DNA of 64,000 nt from an uncultured Arenicella sp. (GTDB taxonomy: Bacteria; Pseudomonadota; Gammaproteobacteria; Arenicellales; Arenicellaceae), in assembly GCA_905479805.1 (NCBI GenBank), contig CAJQNY010000079.1:6915-70914 (forward strand), read 5' to 3'. Below the pieces are notes generated by a model, which saw nothing but the letters and a program-made list of their open reading frames with translations, ran no database searches and was not told the DNA's origin. Shown here in pieces: positions 40,689-50,935 of this stretch; position 1 is the first letter of the stretch; the number at the start of each line of letters is the position of its first letter. Made by a program: the position numbers and the translations under genes.

Positions 40689-42059
40689 ATGGCAAAGAAG
40701 CTAAATAGTCGAGCATTGGCCGCTCAAATCAGTTGGAAGATCATTGATAAAGGCCTCTCACTAGATGCAACTTTACGAGAATCCGTACAACTCGCAAATT
40801 TAGACTCTAAAGACAAAGGTTTGGTCCAAGAACTATCCTATGGGGTTTGTCGCTGGTATGGTGATTTAGACGCTGTAGCAGCATCTCTGCTGGCAAAACC
40901 AATTCGTAACAAAGACCGAATCGTACATTTCATCCTACTGGTTGGCTTATATCAATTACGACATATGCGCACCCCTGATCATGCCGCTGTCGATGAATCA
41001 GTCAAAGCATGTAAACAATTAAACAAGGTATGGGCGAAGAATCTAATAAACGGGTGCCTGCGCGAATACGCGCGTTCCGAAAATGCAAACCTCGCTCTTG
41101 ATGGAGGCATTTCTCAAGATATCCATCTTCGTTCGCTCCCCACCTGGATCAGCACTGCATTCATTGAATTGTGGGGTAAGAGTAGCAATGAAATTATTGC
41201 GGCTAGCAACCAACGTCCACCAATGTGTTTACGGGTAAATCAGCGCCAATCGAATCGCAAGCAATATCTAGAGCTGCTCAACGAATCTAATGTGCCCGCA
41301 CACGCCGACAGATTCTCACAAGATGGGATCATTTTAGATAGACCAGTGAATGTTGGATTCCTCCCAGGCTTCGATGATGGAGCCGTCTCGGTTCAAGATA
41401 CGGCAGCCCAACTAGCATGCGATATCTTACAAGTAGAAAAAAATCACCGAGTGCTCGACGCATGTGCTGCACCCGGTGGGAAGACTGCACATATATTAGA
41501 AAGAACTGACAACCAAATTTCTATGCATGCAATGGACGTGTCCGCCTCAAGGTGCGAACAACTAACTCAAACTTTGCAACGACTGCAGCTGACTGCGCAA
41601 ATCAGTATCGGTGATGCGAGCCAAGACCTTAAACTATGCCGCCCCTTACAAAATGCAGATAATGCCACGGCATCTAATTCATTTTCTAGTACGGGCTATG
41701 ATCGGATCTTGATAGATGCCCCCTGCTCAGGCACTGGCGTTATTCGGCGTCACCCAGATATAAAACACCACCGCAGACAGTCCGATATTGAACAACTACT
41801 GCCAATTCAACAGGGTTTGTTAGTTAACTTATGGTCGAATCTAGCGCCCAATGGTTTACTACTCTATATGACGTGCTCTATTCTAGCGAAAGAGAACAAC
41901 CTGCAAATAGCACAGTTTTTGAAAGCTCAACCCGATGCTCAGGCCGAAGATTTTTACCACCCGAATGCGCTAGACTTAGATTTTGGCAAACAAACTCTTC
42001 CTGGCGTCCATGAGATGGATGGTTTCTATTATTGCTTATTACGAAAGCCTGCTTCCTAG
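40689..42059 (+). CDS. rsmB: 16S rRNA m5C967 methyltransferase
   Basis: NusB-like N-domain, VSVQD, LDACAAPGGKT, DAPCSGTGVIRRHPD; ATG immediately after the fmt stop. Confidence 0.96.
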   Translation: MAKKLNSRALAAQISWKIIDKGLSLDATLRESVQLANLDSKDKGLVQELSYGVCRWYGDLDAVAASLLAKPIRNKDRIVHFILLVGLYQLRHMRTPDHAAVDESVKACKQLNKVWAKNLINGCLREYARSENANLALDGGISQDIHLRSLPTWISTAFIELWGKSSNEIIAASNQRPPMCLRVNQRQSNRKQYLELLNESNVPAHADRFSQDGIILDRPVNVGFLPGFDDGAVSVQDTAAQLACDILQVEKNHRVLDACAAPGGKTAHILERTDNQISMHAMDVSASRCEQLTQTLQRLQLTAQISIGDASQDLKLCRPLQNADNATASNSFSSTGYDRILIDAPCSGTGVIRRHPDIKHHRRQSDIEQLLPIQQGLLVNLWSNLAPNGLLLYMTCSILAKENNLQIAQFLKAQPDAQAEDFYHPNALDLDFGKQTLPGVHEMDGFYYCLLRKPAS

Positions 42060-42063
42060 AGGT

Positions 42064-42606
42064 ATGCGAGTGAAGGGTGCGCGAAAGATTAAGTTTTCAC
42101 GATTACTAATCGGTTTGGCTATCATTCTAGCGAAGACAACACCGACATATTCCCAAGAAACCGACGGGGCAGAATTTCGATCATCTTCGATAAATAAGCT
42201 AAATATCGAATTATCAGAACAAGCTCAAGATGCCATTAACAGCGGTGTAGCGCTTTATTTTGATAGTGAATACGGAATTAGGAATTCCTTTTGGCTATTT
42301 TCAAATCTTAAGGCTCGAAAATCACATAAATTTATGATCAAGCGCCACGCACTCTCAAATCGATATGTGGTCAAACGAGTTGATTTAGAGTCTCCTCGAA
42401 TATTCAGATCGATTGCTGAAGCCGTTAACTATATTGCCGCGCAAGCATTAATGCTGCTAGAGTCATACGATGACCAACAAAACGAATATTCAATGAGACT
42501 TTCTTTGAGCCGCTTTGACCTTCCAGGTCCAATGCGCTTAAACGCATTTGCGTCTACTGCTTGGCGTCTCGATACTGGGTGGATCACATGGCAATCCGCG
42601 AATTAA
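42064..42606 (+). CDS. DUF4390-like periplasmic protein
   Basis: Signal peptide; AINSGVALYF and LPGPMRLNA..W motifs; position between rsmB and the sensor kinase. Confidence 0.7.
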   Translation: MRVKGARKIKFSRLLIGLAIILAKTTPTYSQETDGAEFRSSSINKLNIELSEQAQDAINSGVALYFDSEYGIRNSFWLFSNLKARKSHKFMIKRHALSNRYVVKRVDLESPRIFRSIAEAVNYIAAQALMLLESYDDQQNEYSMRLSLSRFDLPGPMRLNAFASTAWRLDTGWITWQSAN

Positions 42607-44867
42607 TTAAGAAAATAACTGGGCCTGGGCCAGTTATAACTGTATCGACTCTGCTACTTTTCACGCTGAGTTTTCTGATTATTCAATCGCTGAGTGAAGA
42701 CGCGTCAGGAGAACTGCAGTTTTGGATAATCCTGTTGGGAGCCTTGGGCATTGCCATCCTCGTGTTTTTCTTGATCAGCAATGGATATTCACTTTACCGC
42801 CAATACGCACGGAACGAAATTGGTAGTAGGTTAACCACAAAAATTGTGGTGATTTTTTTCTTCCTGACCATCGTTCCTTTTTCACTTATCTATTTTTTCT
42901 CAATTCAATTTTTAAATAAAGGCGTAGATAGTTGGTTTGACGTTAGAGTAGAGCAAGCCGTACAAGATGCATTGGTTCTGGGACAGGAATCGTTGCAAAG
43001 TGAACTTGAACAGATGCGATCTGATGTTGAAAATTACGCTGGCACAATAACCGCCGATCTCGAAGCGGGCCGTCTAAACAAGATGATTCGCGACCTGGAA
43101 GATGCTAGGAAAATTGAGGATTATACCGAGCTGTCAATTCATACCGCGACGGGAGGTATCTTAGCTTTCACAAATAAAGAGCAATTGCAGTTATTGCCTG
43201 ATTCACCAGGGCCGGAAGTATTTCAAGAGTTCCGTGTTCCTGACCCACAAACCTATTCAGCTTTAGAGCCTCTTAACGAAAACAGACAGCAGTTTCGTGT
43301 TGTCGCGCTGATTAAGACACGTGATCTTGAATCCAATCTATATGTGCTGCAAGCTATCAAGCTCCTGCCCAGTTCTTACGCAAACCTGTTCAGCAGTGTT
43401 GAGAGCGCCAAAAATCAATACGATCAAATGCTCTTTGCGAGAGGGCCGCTTAAGTTTAGTTTGATCGTAACCCTGAGTCTCATTTCCTTAGCAAGTTTGC
43501 TGTTTTCTATTTTGACAGCGGTTTATTTGAGTAAACGCATTGTCGCGCCGATATCAAACTTGGCTTTGGGAACCCAAAAAATTGCCGATGGAGACTACGG
43601 TACGCTATTGCCTGTTACCAGCTCTGATGAACTCGGAATATTAACTGACCATTTTAACAACATGAGTCAAAAGATTGACGTGGCTCAAAGAGTCGCTCGG
43701 ATGAGCCAAGACGAGACTGAGAAACAAAAAGCATACCTAGAAGTCCTTCTTACTAACCTATCATCAGGCGTTTTTTCGTTTACCAAAGACAAACGACTGC
43801 AGATTTGCAATAGTGCTGCCACAGACATCCTCGATATAAACACTCACGATGCCGTCGGTAAATCATGTTCCGAACTCGCAGCGCATTTTGTTCAACTTGA
43901 AAAGTTCATTGGCGCCATTGACCGTGGTTTAGATTCAGGCGAACGAGAATGGCAAGATGAAGTAACAATTCTAGGCACTCATGGGCGTCAAATAATGGTA
44001 ATGCGTGGCACTCTTTTGTCCGGCCAAGCTAGCTTATTAGAGACTTCCAATATTGAAGATCCGAATGAAAATAATTATGTTGTTGTCTTTGATGACGTCA
44101 CCAACTTAATTCAAGCCCAGAGAGATGCAGCGTGGGGAGAAGTAGCCAGACGCTTAGCCCACGAAATTAAAAATCCATTAACACCCATTCAACTTTCTGC
44201 CGAAAGAATTCGCAATAAACTCACGGATAAGGTGGACGATGAATTAAAGGAAATGTTAGATCGAAGTACTAGGACCATTGTTCAACAAGTCGAATCTATG
44301 AAGGAAATGGTTAACGCATTTTCGAGTTATGCACAGCCGGTTCGCGCAAAATTACTTCCGGTAAATGTTAACCAACTATTGCGCGATGTTATTGAATTAC
44401 ATACTCCTACTCTAAACGACCTTGAGGTCGAAATGGAATTGGATGTTGCTCTGCCAGAAATTAAAGCGAACTCTTCGGCATTGCGACAGGTCTTCAATAA
44501 TTTGGTTATTAATGCGACTCATGCCTTAGAAGATTCACCATCAGGAAAGCTAAGTATTCGCTCGTCTGTTGCTAAACAAGTCACTGGTAATTACGTGGAT
44601 ATTGTATTTTCCGATAATGGCTCTGGCATTCCTAGCGAGATTCGCGACTCTCTCTTTGATCCCTATGTAAGCAGTAAAGCCAAGGGCTCTGGCTTAGGTT
44701 TGGCGATAGTGAAAAGAATTGTTGAAGAACACAGTGGATCGGTCTGGGCTGGTGACAACACGGCTGGCGGAACAACTATGCATTTACGACTGCCTATTAA
44801 TGCGATGCAAACCTATCGTGGTAATCGCAGTCAAAATACATTACATTCTTCAAAAATTATTAGCTAA
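42588..44867 (+). CDS. ntrY: NtrY-like HAMP/PAS sensor histidine kinase
   Basis: GSRLT, GVDSWFD, HAMP and PAS domains, AWGEVARRLAHEIKNPLTPIQLSAER, GSGLGLAIV. Confidence 0.85.
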   Translation: MAIRELIKKITGPGPVITVSTLLLFTLSFLIIQSLSEDASGELQFWIILLGALGIAILVFFLISNGYSLYRQYARNEIGSRLTTKIVVIFFFLTIVPFSLIYFFSIQFLNKGVDSWFDVRVEQAVQDALVLGQESLQSELEQMRSDVENYAGTITADLEAGRLNKMIRDLEDARKIEDYTELSIHTATGGILAFTNKEQLQLLPDSPGPEVFQEFRVPDPQTYSALEPLNENRQQFRVVALIKTRDLESNLYVLQAIKLLPSSYANLFSSVESAKNQYDQMLFARGPLKFSLIVTLSLISLASLLFSILTAVYLSKRIVAPISNLALGTQKIADGDYGTLLPVTSSDELGILTDHFNNMSQKIDVAQRVARMSQDETEKQKAYLEVLLTNLSSGVFSFTKDKRLQICNSAATDILDINTHDAVGKSCSELAAHFVQLEKFIGAIDRGLDSGEREWQDEVTILGTHGRQIMVMRGTLLSGQASLLETSNIEDPNENNYVVVFDDVTNLIQAQRDAAWGEVARRLAHEIKNPLTPIQLSAERIRNKLTDKVDDELKEMLDRSTRTIVQQVESMKEMVNAFSSYAQPVRAKLLPVNVNQLLRDVIELHTPTLNDLEVEMELDVALPEIKANSSALRQVFNNLVINATHALEDSPSGKLSIRSSVAKQVTGNYVDIVFSDNGSGIPSEIRDSLFDPYVSSKAKGSGLGLAIVKRIVEEHSGSVWAGDNTAGGTTMHLRLPINAMQTYRGNRSQNTLHSSKIIS

Positions 44868-44896
44868 ACATTTTTCGTGGAATTAGAACCAACATA

Positions 44897-46288
44897 TTGA
44901 GGCTCGGTGATTTGTCAAAAGCACATATATTAGTCGTCGATGACGAACCAGACATTCGCAATATCTTGCAAGATATTCTGCAGGATGAAGGACACTCTGT
45001 GGCACAAGCAGAGAATGCTGAGCAAGCTCGTCAAGAGTTTGCAAAACAAAGGCCTGACTTAGTGCTACTGGATATTTGGATGCCCAAGGAAGATGGCATC
45101 TCCGTATTAAAGAAGTGGGTCGAGAGCGACACTCTCGGAGATACTCCAGTCATAATGATTTCCGGCCATGGGACGGTGGAGAACGCGGTAGAGGCCGTAA
45201 AGCTCGGCGCCTATGATTTTTTAGAAAAACCGCTATCAACCGGTAAGCTGTTACTGTGTTTGGAAAGAGGTCTGGAAAACGCATCGCTAAGACAAGAAAA
45301 TAAGCGGCTGAAAACACGCCTCCAATACGACTCCCCGATGATATCAAACAGCGATTCCACTCAGGAGTTGTTGCGTCATATTCAGCTATTAGGCCCAACC
45401 GACAGCTGGGTTTTCATCACTGGTGAATCTGGAACAGGCAAACATTTGGTGGCGCGTAAAATTCATGAAAACAGCCCAAGAGCAGACAGCGAGTTTGTCG
45501 AATTAAATTTAGCCGCCATGCCAAGTGAAAGCGTGTCACAACAATTGTTTGGCAGCGAAGGTGAAGATAAAATAGTGCGTGGCAGTTTCGAACAGGCACA
45601 GGGCGGCACACTGTTTATCAACGAGGTCTTAGGCTTGAATATGGAGACCCAAAATAAACTCTTGAGCGCCCTGCAAGAACGTCGATTCCTGCGTCTAGGG
45701 GGGACCAGTCATATAGAGCTGGACGTGCGGGTTATTGTAACTACAAGTGGCAGCCCACAAGATGCAGTAAGCCAAGGTCGGTTCAGTGAAGACCTGTATT
45801 ATCGTCTAAATGTGATTCCCATTCAGGTGCCCTCATTACGCCAACGCCGAAAAGACTTACCTGAACTAGTCGACCTATTTATCGAGGATATAGCTAGTCG
45901 AAATCAATTAGACACGCCTGAAATTGCCTTAGATGCCTTAAAAACTCTACGCGGCTATGATTGGCCTGGAAACGTAAGACAACTACAGAATGTCGTACAG
46001 CGGCTTATAGTGCTGAATTCGGGCCGTAAAATTGAGAACTCCGATGTCTTAGCTGCCTTAGATGGCGACATGGAGATCAAGTCCAAGGCCCTACAGCTCC
46101 CGGAGTACTTTGAAGGGGATATGCGTGAGGCAAAAGAAGAATTTGAAAAAGCCTATCTCAATCATCACTTAAACACGGTAGATGGTAATGTTAGCGCATT
46201 GGCAAAAAAAGTTGGTTTAGAACGTACCCATTTGTATCGTAAGCTAAAGAGTCTTAACATAACTGCGCGCGACGCTAAACCCAGTTAA
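44897..46288 (+). CDS. ntrX: NtrX-like response regulator (REC-AAA-Fis HTH)
   Basis: LVVDDEPDIR, LLDIWMP, MISGHG, GESGTGK, WPGNVRQL, ERTHLYRKL. Confidence 0.85.
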   Translation: MRLGDLSKAHILVVDDEPDIRNILQDILQDEGHSVAQAENAEQARQEFAKQRPDLVLLDIWMPKEDGISVLKKWVESDTLGDTPVIMISGHGTVENAVEAVKLGAYDFLEKPLSTGKLLLCLERGLENASLRQENKRLKTRLQYDSPMISNSDSTQELLRHIQLLGPTDSWVFITGESGTGKHLVARKIHENSPRADSEFVELNLAAMPSESVSQQLFGSEGEDKIVRGSFEQAQGGTLFINEVLGLNMETQNKLLSALQERRFLRLGGTSHIELDVRVIVTTSGSPQDAVSQGRFSEDLYYRLNVIPIQVPSLRQRRKDLPELVDLFIEDIASRNQLDTPEIALDALKTLRGYDWPGNVRQLQNVVQRLIVLNSGRKIENSDVLAALDGDMEIKSKALQLPEYFEGDMREAKEEFEKAYLNHHLNTVDGNVSALAKKVGLERTHLYRKLKSLNITARDAKPS

Positions 46289-46318
46289 CGACAAAACCTT
46301 AGAAACTAGTTACTGAAT

Positions 46319-47698
46319 ATGAAAATTTTGATTCTAGGCGCGAGCCAGGTAGGGATTTCCATCGCTGAGGTACTTGTTGGCGAAGAGAATGACGTTACTG
46401 TTGTCGATATCAATAAGTCAATATTGCAGCAATTACAAAATAGGCTTGATATTCGAACTGTGGCCGGAAACGCGGCCCACCCTTCGGTGTTACGCGCAGC
46501 CGGCGCTGAAGATGCGTCATTGATTCTAGCGGTTACCAATAATGATGAGATTAATATGGTTGCGTGTCAGATTGCTGAAACATTCTTTGCGACCCCAACT
46601 AAGATTGCGCGTATTCGCGCTAAAGAATATTTAAAAAATCCTGATCTTTTTACTAATGATTCTGGGTTTCATATAGATGTAGTTATTTCTCCTGAAGTCA
46701 TTGTGAAGGACCACATCACTCGTCTCATTGAATTTCCTGGTGCATTGCAGGTGCTGGATTTTGCGGATGGCTTAGTTCAGCTGGTTGGTGTGAAGGCCGT
46801 CGCTGGCGGGGCTCTCATCAATTGTCAACTTTCTGAATTGAAAGAGCACATGCCGAACATAGAAGCTCGCGTCGCGGCCATATATCGAGACAAAGAAGTT
46901 ATTACACCCGTTTCAGAAACAATAATTAAAGAGAAAGACGAAGTCTTTTTTGTCGCAGCGCGAGAACATATTCGCGAAGTCATGAAAGAGATGCGAGGTA
47001 AAAGCGACAAAACGAAACGAATTTTTATTGCCGGGGGCGGCAATATCGGTTTAAATCTTGCGAAAGAGCTTGAGTACAAAGGCTACAGCGTTAAACTGAT
47101 CGAAGTGAGTCCGGAACGCGCGGAGAGAATTGCGGATCAGGTTCGGAAAACGGTTGTGCTAAATGGCAATGCTGCGGATGCGGGCTTGTTATTACAAGAG
47201 AACATCGAGTCAGCCGATGTATTCTGTGCGGTTACTGAACGCGACGAGATAAATATCTTATCGGCTAAGCTTGCCAAACAGCTCGGCGCAAAACGAGTAA
47301 TGGCTCTCGTCAATCGCCCAGCCTATGTGGAACACATTGAACACCACGATATTAACGTCATTATATCCCCACGAGTGGCCACTATTGGCAGCGTGCTAGC
47401 TCATATTCGCCGAGGTGATGTGGTGGCAGTTCACTCATTGAGACGGGGTCGTGCTGAAGCCATCGAAGCCATAGCACATGGCGATAAGGACTCATCGAAG
47501 GTTATTGGTAAAGGTGTGAGAGATATACCCTTTCCTGCTGGAACAGGCATAGGAGCGATAGTTCGCGACGAGCAGGTAATCATTCCGAACAAAGAAACTG
47601 TCATTGAAGCAGAAGACCACGTAATTATTTTCATGGATGACAAGGCGTGTATACGCACCATTGAAGCTTTATTCCAAGTTGACGTAAGTTTCATTTAA
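46319..47698 (+). CDS. trkA: Trk K+ uptake NAD-binding subunit
   Basis: Two RCK domains, PGALQV..FA.G, GGGNIG, SLRRGRAEAIEAIAHGD. Confidence 0.96.
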   Translation: MKILILGASQVGISIAEVLVGEENDVTVVDINKSILQQLQNRLDIRTVAGNAAHPSVLRAAGAEDASLILAVTNNDEINMVACQIAETFFATPTKIARIRAKEYLKNPDLFTNDSGFHIDVVISPEVIVKDHITRLIEFPGALQVLDFADGLVQLVGVKAVAGGALINCQLSELKEHMPNIEARVAAIYRDKEVITPVSETIIKEKDEVFFVAAREHIREVMKEMRGKSDKTKRIFIAGGGNIGLNLAKELEYKGYSVKLIEVSPERAERIADQVRKTVVLNGNAADAGLLLQENIESADVFCAVTERDEINILSAKLAKQLGAKRVMALVNRPAYVEHIEHHDINVIISPRVATIGSVLAHIRRGDVVAVHSLRRGRAEAIEAIAHGDKDSSKVIGKGVRDIPFPAGTGIGAIVRDEQVIIPNKETVIEAEDHVIIFMDDKACIRTIEALFQVDVSFI

Positions 47699-47740
47699 TC
47701 ATCGCATCTTAAGTAACAGCAGATAGATGAGAGATAAATA

Positions 47741-49192
47741 ATGCATCTGCAAATTGTTTTAAAAATTCTTGGTGTGCTGCTGATTATTTTCAGCGCAACA
47801 CACCTAACTCCATTGTTAATTTCGTTTATCTACCAAGATGGAAACGGAGCACCCTTTGGCATTGCTTTCCTAATCACTTTAGTCACAGGTTTAATTTTGT
47901 GGCTGCCTGTACGAAACGTCAAACGCGACCTGCGTTATCGAGACGGCTTTCTCGTTGTTGTGTTGTTTTGGGTAGTGTTAGCGACCTTTGGAGCGGTACC
48001 TTTCTTACTCTCGGATTTCCATAATCTTAGCGTAACTGATGCGTTTTTCGAATCCATGTCTGGTCTTACCACGACTGGGGGGACAATCATTGTCAACTTA
48101 GACAGTCTTCCTGAGTCAAGTCTGTTTTATCGGCAACAATTACAATGGTTGGGAGGAATGGGCATCGTTGTCTTAGCGGTCGCAATAATGCCAATGCTAG
48201 GTGTCGGCGGTATGCAATTGTATCGGGCAGAAACTCCCGGCCCCATGAAGGACAGCAAGCTCACCCCTCGCATCACCGAAAGTGCCAAGGCTCTTTGGTA
48301 TATCTATTTTGGCCTAACCATAATTTGTGCGCTCTGCTATTGGGCCGCTGGAATGAGTCTTTTTGACGCGGTTTGCCATGCATTTTCTACAGTTGCTATC
48401 GGTGGATTTTCAACACACGACTTAAGTATTGGTTACTTTGATTCAACCGCTATTGAATTGGTAGCCATGGCTTTTATGTTACTTGCGTCAGCAAATTTTT
48501 CCTTACACTTTTTAGCTTGGCGCAGTAAATCTATTCGTCCTTATTTACGTGATCGAGAATACGGGTTTTTCTTTTTGATTCTCATCTTAGCGGCGCTGGT
48601 AACATTGGCGAGTTTATACGCCGGCAATATCTATGAGCGATCAAGCGACACGCTCCGACAAGGGATCTTTCATTTAGTGTCTATTGCGACTACCACAGGG
48701 TATACCTCTGATGGTTTTGCTTGGTGGCCTGGCGCTATACCCGTGCTACTGATTCTACTGAGTTTTATGGGAGGGTGTGCTGGATCAACTGCTGGTGGAA
48801 TTAAGGTTTTACGAATTCAGCTTATGTTTAAACAGGGACGCACTGAGATTGCGCGCCTAGTACACCCCAACGCAGTACTTTCAGTAAAACATGGCAAACA
48901 AGTAATCAGTGAGCGCGTAATTAATACTGTCACGGCATTCTTTTCTATGTATGCGCTGTGTTTTGCGGTTACTGGCTTTGCTTTATGTACCGTTGGCATG
49001 GATTGGGTAAGTGCCTTCTCGGCAGCCGCCGCATGCCTGAATAACCTAGGGCCTGGCTTGGGAGACGTCGCGCATAACTATGCCAATATTAATGATGCCG
49101 CAAAGTGGATACTGTCATTCGCCATGCTCTTGGGAAGGCTTGAGTTATTTACACTTCTAGTACTCTTTACACCAACATTTTGGCGTGATTAA
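47741..49192 (+). CDS. trkH: Trk K+ uptake membrane subunit
   Basis: FESMSGLTTTG, QWLGGMG, KLTPRI, GCAGSTAGGIK, NNLGPG, GRLE. Confidence 0.96.
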   Translation: MHLQIVLKILGVLLIIFSATHLTPLLISFIYQDGNGAPFGIAFLITLVTGLILWLPVRNVKRDLRYRDGFLVVVLFWVVLATFGAVPFLLSDFHNLSVTDAFFESMSGLTTTGGTIIVNLDSLPESSLFYRQQLQWLGGMGIVVLAVAIMPMLGVGGMQLYRAETPGPMKDSKLTPRITESAKALWYIYFGLTIICALCYWAAGMSLFDAVCHAFSTVAIGGFSTHDLSIGYFDSTAIELVAMAFMLLASANFSLHFLAWRSKSIRPYLRDREYGFFFLILILAALVTLASLYAGNIYERSSDTLRQGIFHLVSIATTTGYTSDGFAWWPGAIPVLLILLSFMGGCAGSTAGGIKVLRIQLMFKQGRTEIARLVHPNAVLSVKHGKQVISERVINTVTAFFSMYALCFAVTGFALCTVGMDWVSAFSAAAACLNNLGPGLGDVAHNYANINDAAKWILSFAMLLGRLELFTLLVLFTPTFWRD

Positions 49193-49236
49193 TCACCCTT
49201 CGCATAACCTGAATCACCCATTCCTAAACTAGCCAA

Positions 49237-49273
49237 ACATAAAAAAGCCGCTCTTCGAGCGGCTTTTTTATGT
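49237..49273. terminator. Bidirectional intrinsic terminator
   Basis: Perfect inverted repeat ACATAAAAAAGCCGCTC-TTC-GAGCGGCTTTTTTATGT between convergent genes. Confidence 0.92.
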
Positions 49274-49332
49274 AACTCTATCGAGTAACAACAAGCAAGG
49301 TTGTTGACTCAATATGTCTGGTAGATCATCGC

Positions 49333-49674
49333 CTACTTATAGACTGACCCTTTGCGAAAATGCTTAACCAACAAATAGTAAAATACCGCACGATACTTGT
49401 TACGGTTAGATTTACCATACGTAGTGATAGCCGCTTGAATACCTTCATCCAATTTTGGAGTGTCTTTCAAGCCAAGCTTTTTCATTAAGAAATTCTTTTT
49501 AACTCGATCTAACTCCTTTTTATCTCCGGCTGAGACAGTACTGGCATCGGCATTGTAAATAGAAGGCCCGCAACCAATTGTGACTGCCGTCAACAATTTC
49601 ATGTCTGGTTTCATTCCACATTTCTTTTCTAGATCGCCCGCATATTTTGCGATCAACTCTTCGCGTTTACTCAT
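49333..49674 (-). CDS. DUF2853 family protein
   Basis: VTIGCGPSIYNADASTV, FLMKKLGL, NKYRAVFYYLL. Confidence 0.88.
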   Translation of the reverse strand: MSKREELIAKYAGDLEKKCGMKPDMKLLTAVTIGCGPSIYNADASTVSAGDKKELDRVKKNFLMKKLGLKDTPKLDEGIQAAITTYGKSNRNKYRAVFYYLLVKHFRKGSVYK

Positions 49675-49815
49675 TGATTTTCTCCTAGGATTTGGTGTAA
49701 CTATTTATACCACTTTCTCAATCGATGAATGTAAAGCAGTGTCAACGATGTTAAATTAATGGCTGATATATTCATGTTCTGTGTTGTGAACGGCTACAGC
49801 ATAATTAATTGTGCA

Positions 49816-50772
49816 CTATTTGTAAAATGCGGGGTCTCCTTCAGGTCTTGTTTTAAATCTCTTATGCGCCCAAAAGTATTGCTCAGGGTTTTCTCTTACC
49901 ATCGAGGCAATGATTTCGTTCATCCTAGCCGTATCGACGTAGTCATCCCCAACCGGAAAATTCTCCAGTGGAGAACCAAGAGCGATTTCATACCCCTGTC
50001 CCCATGGTTTAATTTTATTCATACACGGTATGACAACTGCATCCGTCATGCTGGTAAACTTGCCTAACACAGGAATGGTGGACGCGAGTTCATGAAAGAA
50101 CGGAACGAAGATACCTTTTCGGCCCGCATCTTGATCAGGGAGGTAATAGAAAGGGTGGCCTTGGCGCATTAGTTTTACCAGTTTACGCAGAGGTTCTTTA
50201 CGTTCCACCAAAAGGCCACCATAGCGAGTCCTGCCACGTATGGTAACTTCGTCCATCAAAGTGTTTTTACTGTATTGGTACATTGTAATCATCGGCCGTT
50301 CTTGATTTAGACGCATGCCCGCAACTGCTAGAGCTACAAAATGCGGGGTTAACAAGATTACATTGCGACCGTCAGCCAAGGCTCGATCATAATGCTCCCT
50401 GTTGACTATCTCTACCATCCGATTAAAACGTTTTTGTGAGACCCACCAATGCATTCCAGAGGTGAAAACCAATTGCCCACTGTTCTGAAAATGTCGACGA
50501 TTAATTCTCCTACATTCCTTATCACTTAATTCAGGAAAGCAGGTCTCGATATTTTTAAGCGCTATTTTCCGTCTTGAGCCTACAAGATGATAGAACAAGA
50601 ACCCAAGTATGTGCCCAAAACTTGTGAGCACAGGTAGCGGCAAAAAACTAAGCAGCCGCAAAATCGCTAACCCCAACCAGGTTGGCCAATATCGGTAAGA
50701 AAGAAATTGTGAATAAGGTCTTTTTTCCACGGTTTGATTTGCTCCAAGATCAATACGAGCGCAGAATATCAT
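49816..50772 (-). CDS. Lipid A late acyltransferase (LpxL/HtrB family)
   Basis: YWPTWLG, IALKNIETCFPE, TPHF, YYLPDQD, FVPFF, PEQYFWAHKRFKTRP. Confidence 0.9.
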   Translation of the reverse strand: MIFCARIDLGANQTVEKRPYSQFLSYRYWPTWLGLAILRLLSFLPLPVLTSFGHILGFLFYHLVGSRRKIALKNIETCFPELSDKECRRINRRHFQNSGQLVFTSGMHWWVSQKRFNRMVEIVNREHYDRALADGRNVILLTPHFVALAVAGMRLNQERPMITMYQYSKNTLMDEVTIRGRTRYGGLLVERKEPLRKLVKLMRQGHPFYYLPDQDAGRKGIFVPFFHELASTIPVLGKFTSMTDAVVIPCMNKIKPWGQGYEIALGSPLENFPVGDDYVDTARMNEIIASMVRENPEQYFWAHKRFKTRPEGDPAFYK

Positions 50773-50935
50773 AGTTGATAGAACTGTCTATTTCTTTAGA
50801 ATAATCATCAAGATGCTTTCTTGCGGCACTTAAAACTCTAGAAACAATCCCACATTACTCAAAAAATAGAAATTCAGCCTTACAAAATTACTGAGTGGAA
50901 AATATAATTGATTTAGATCTCTATATCTAGCCCAA

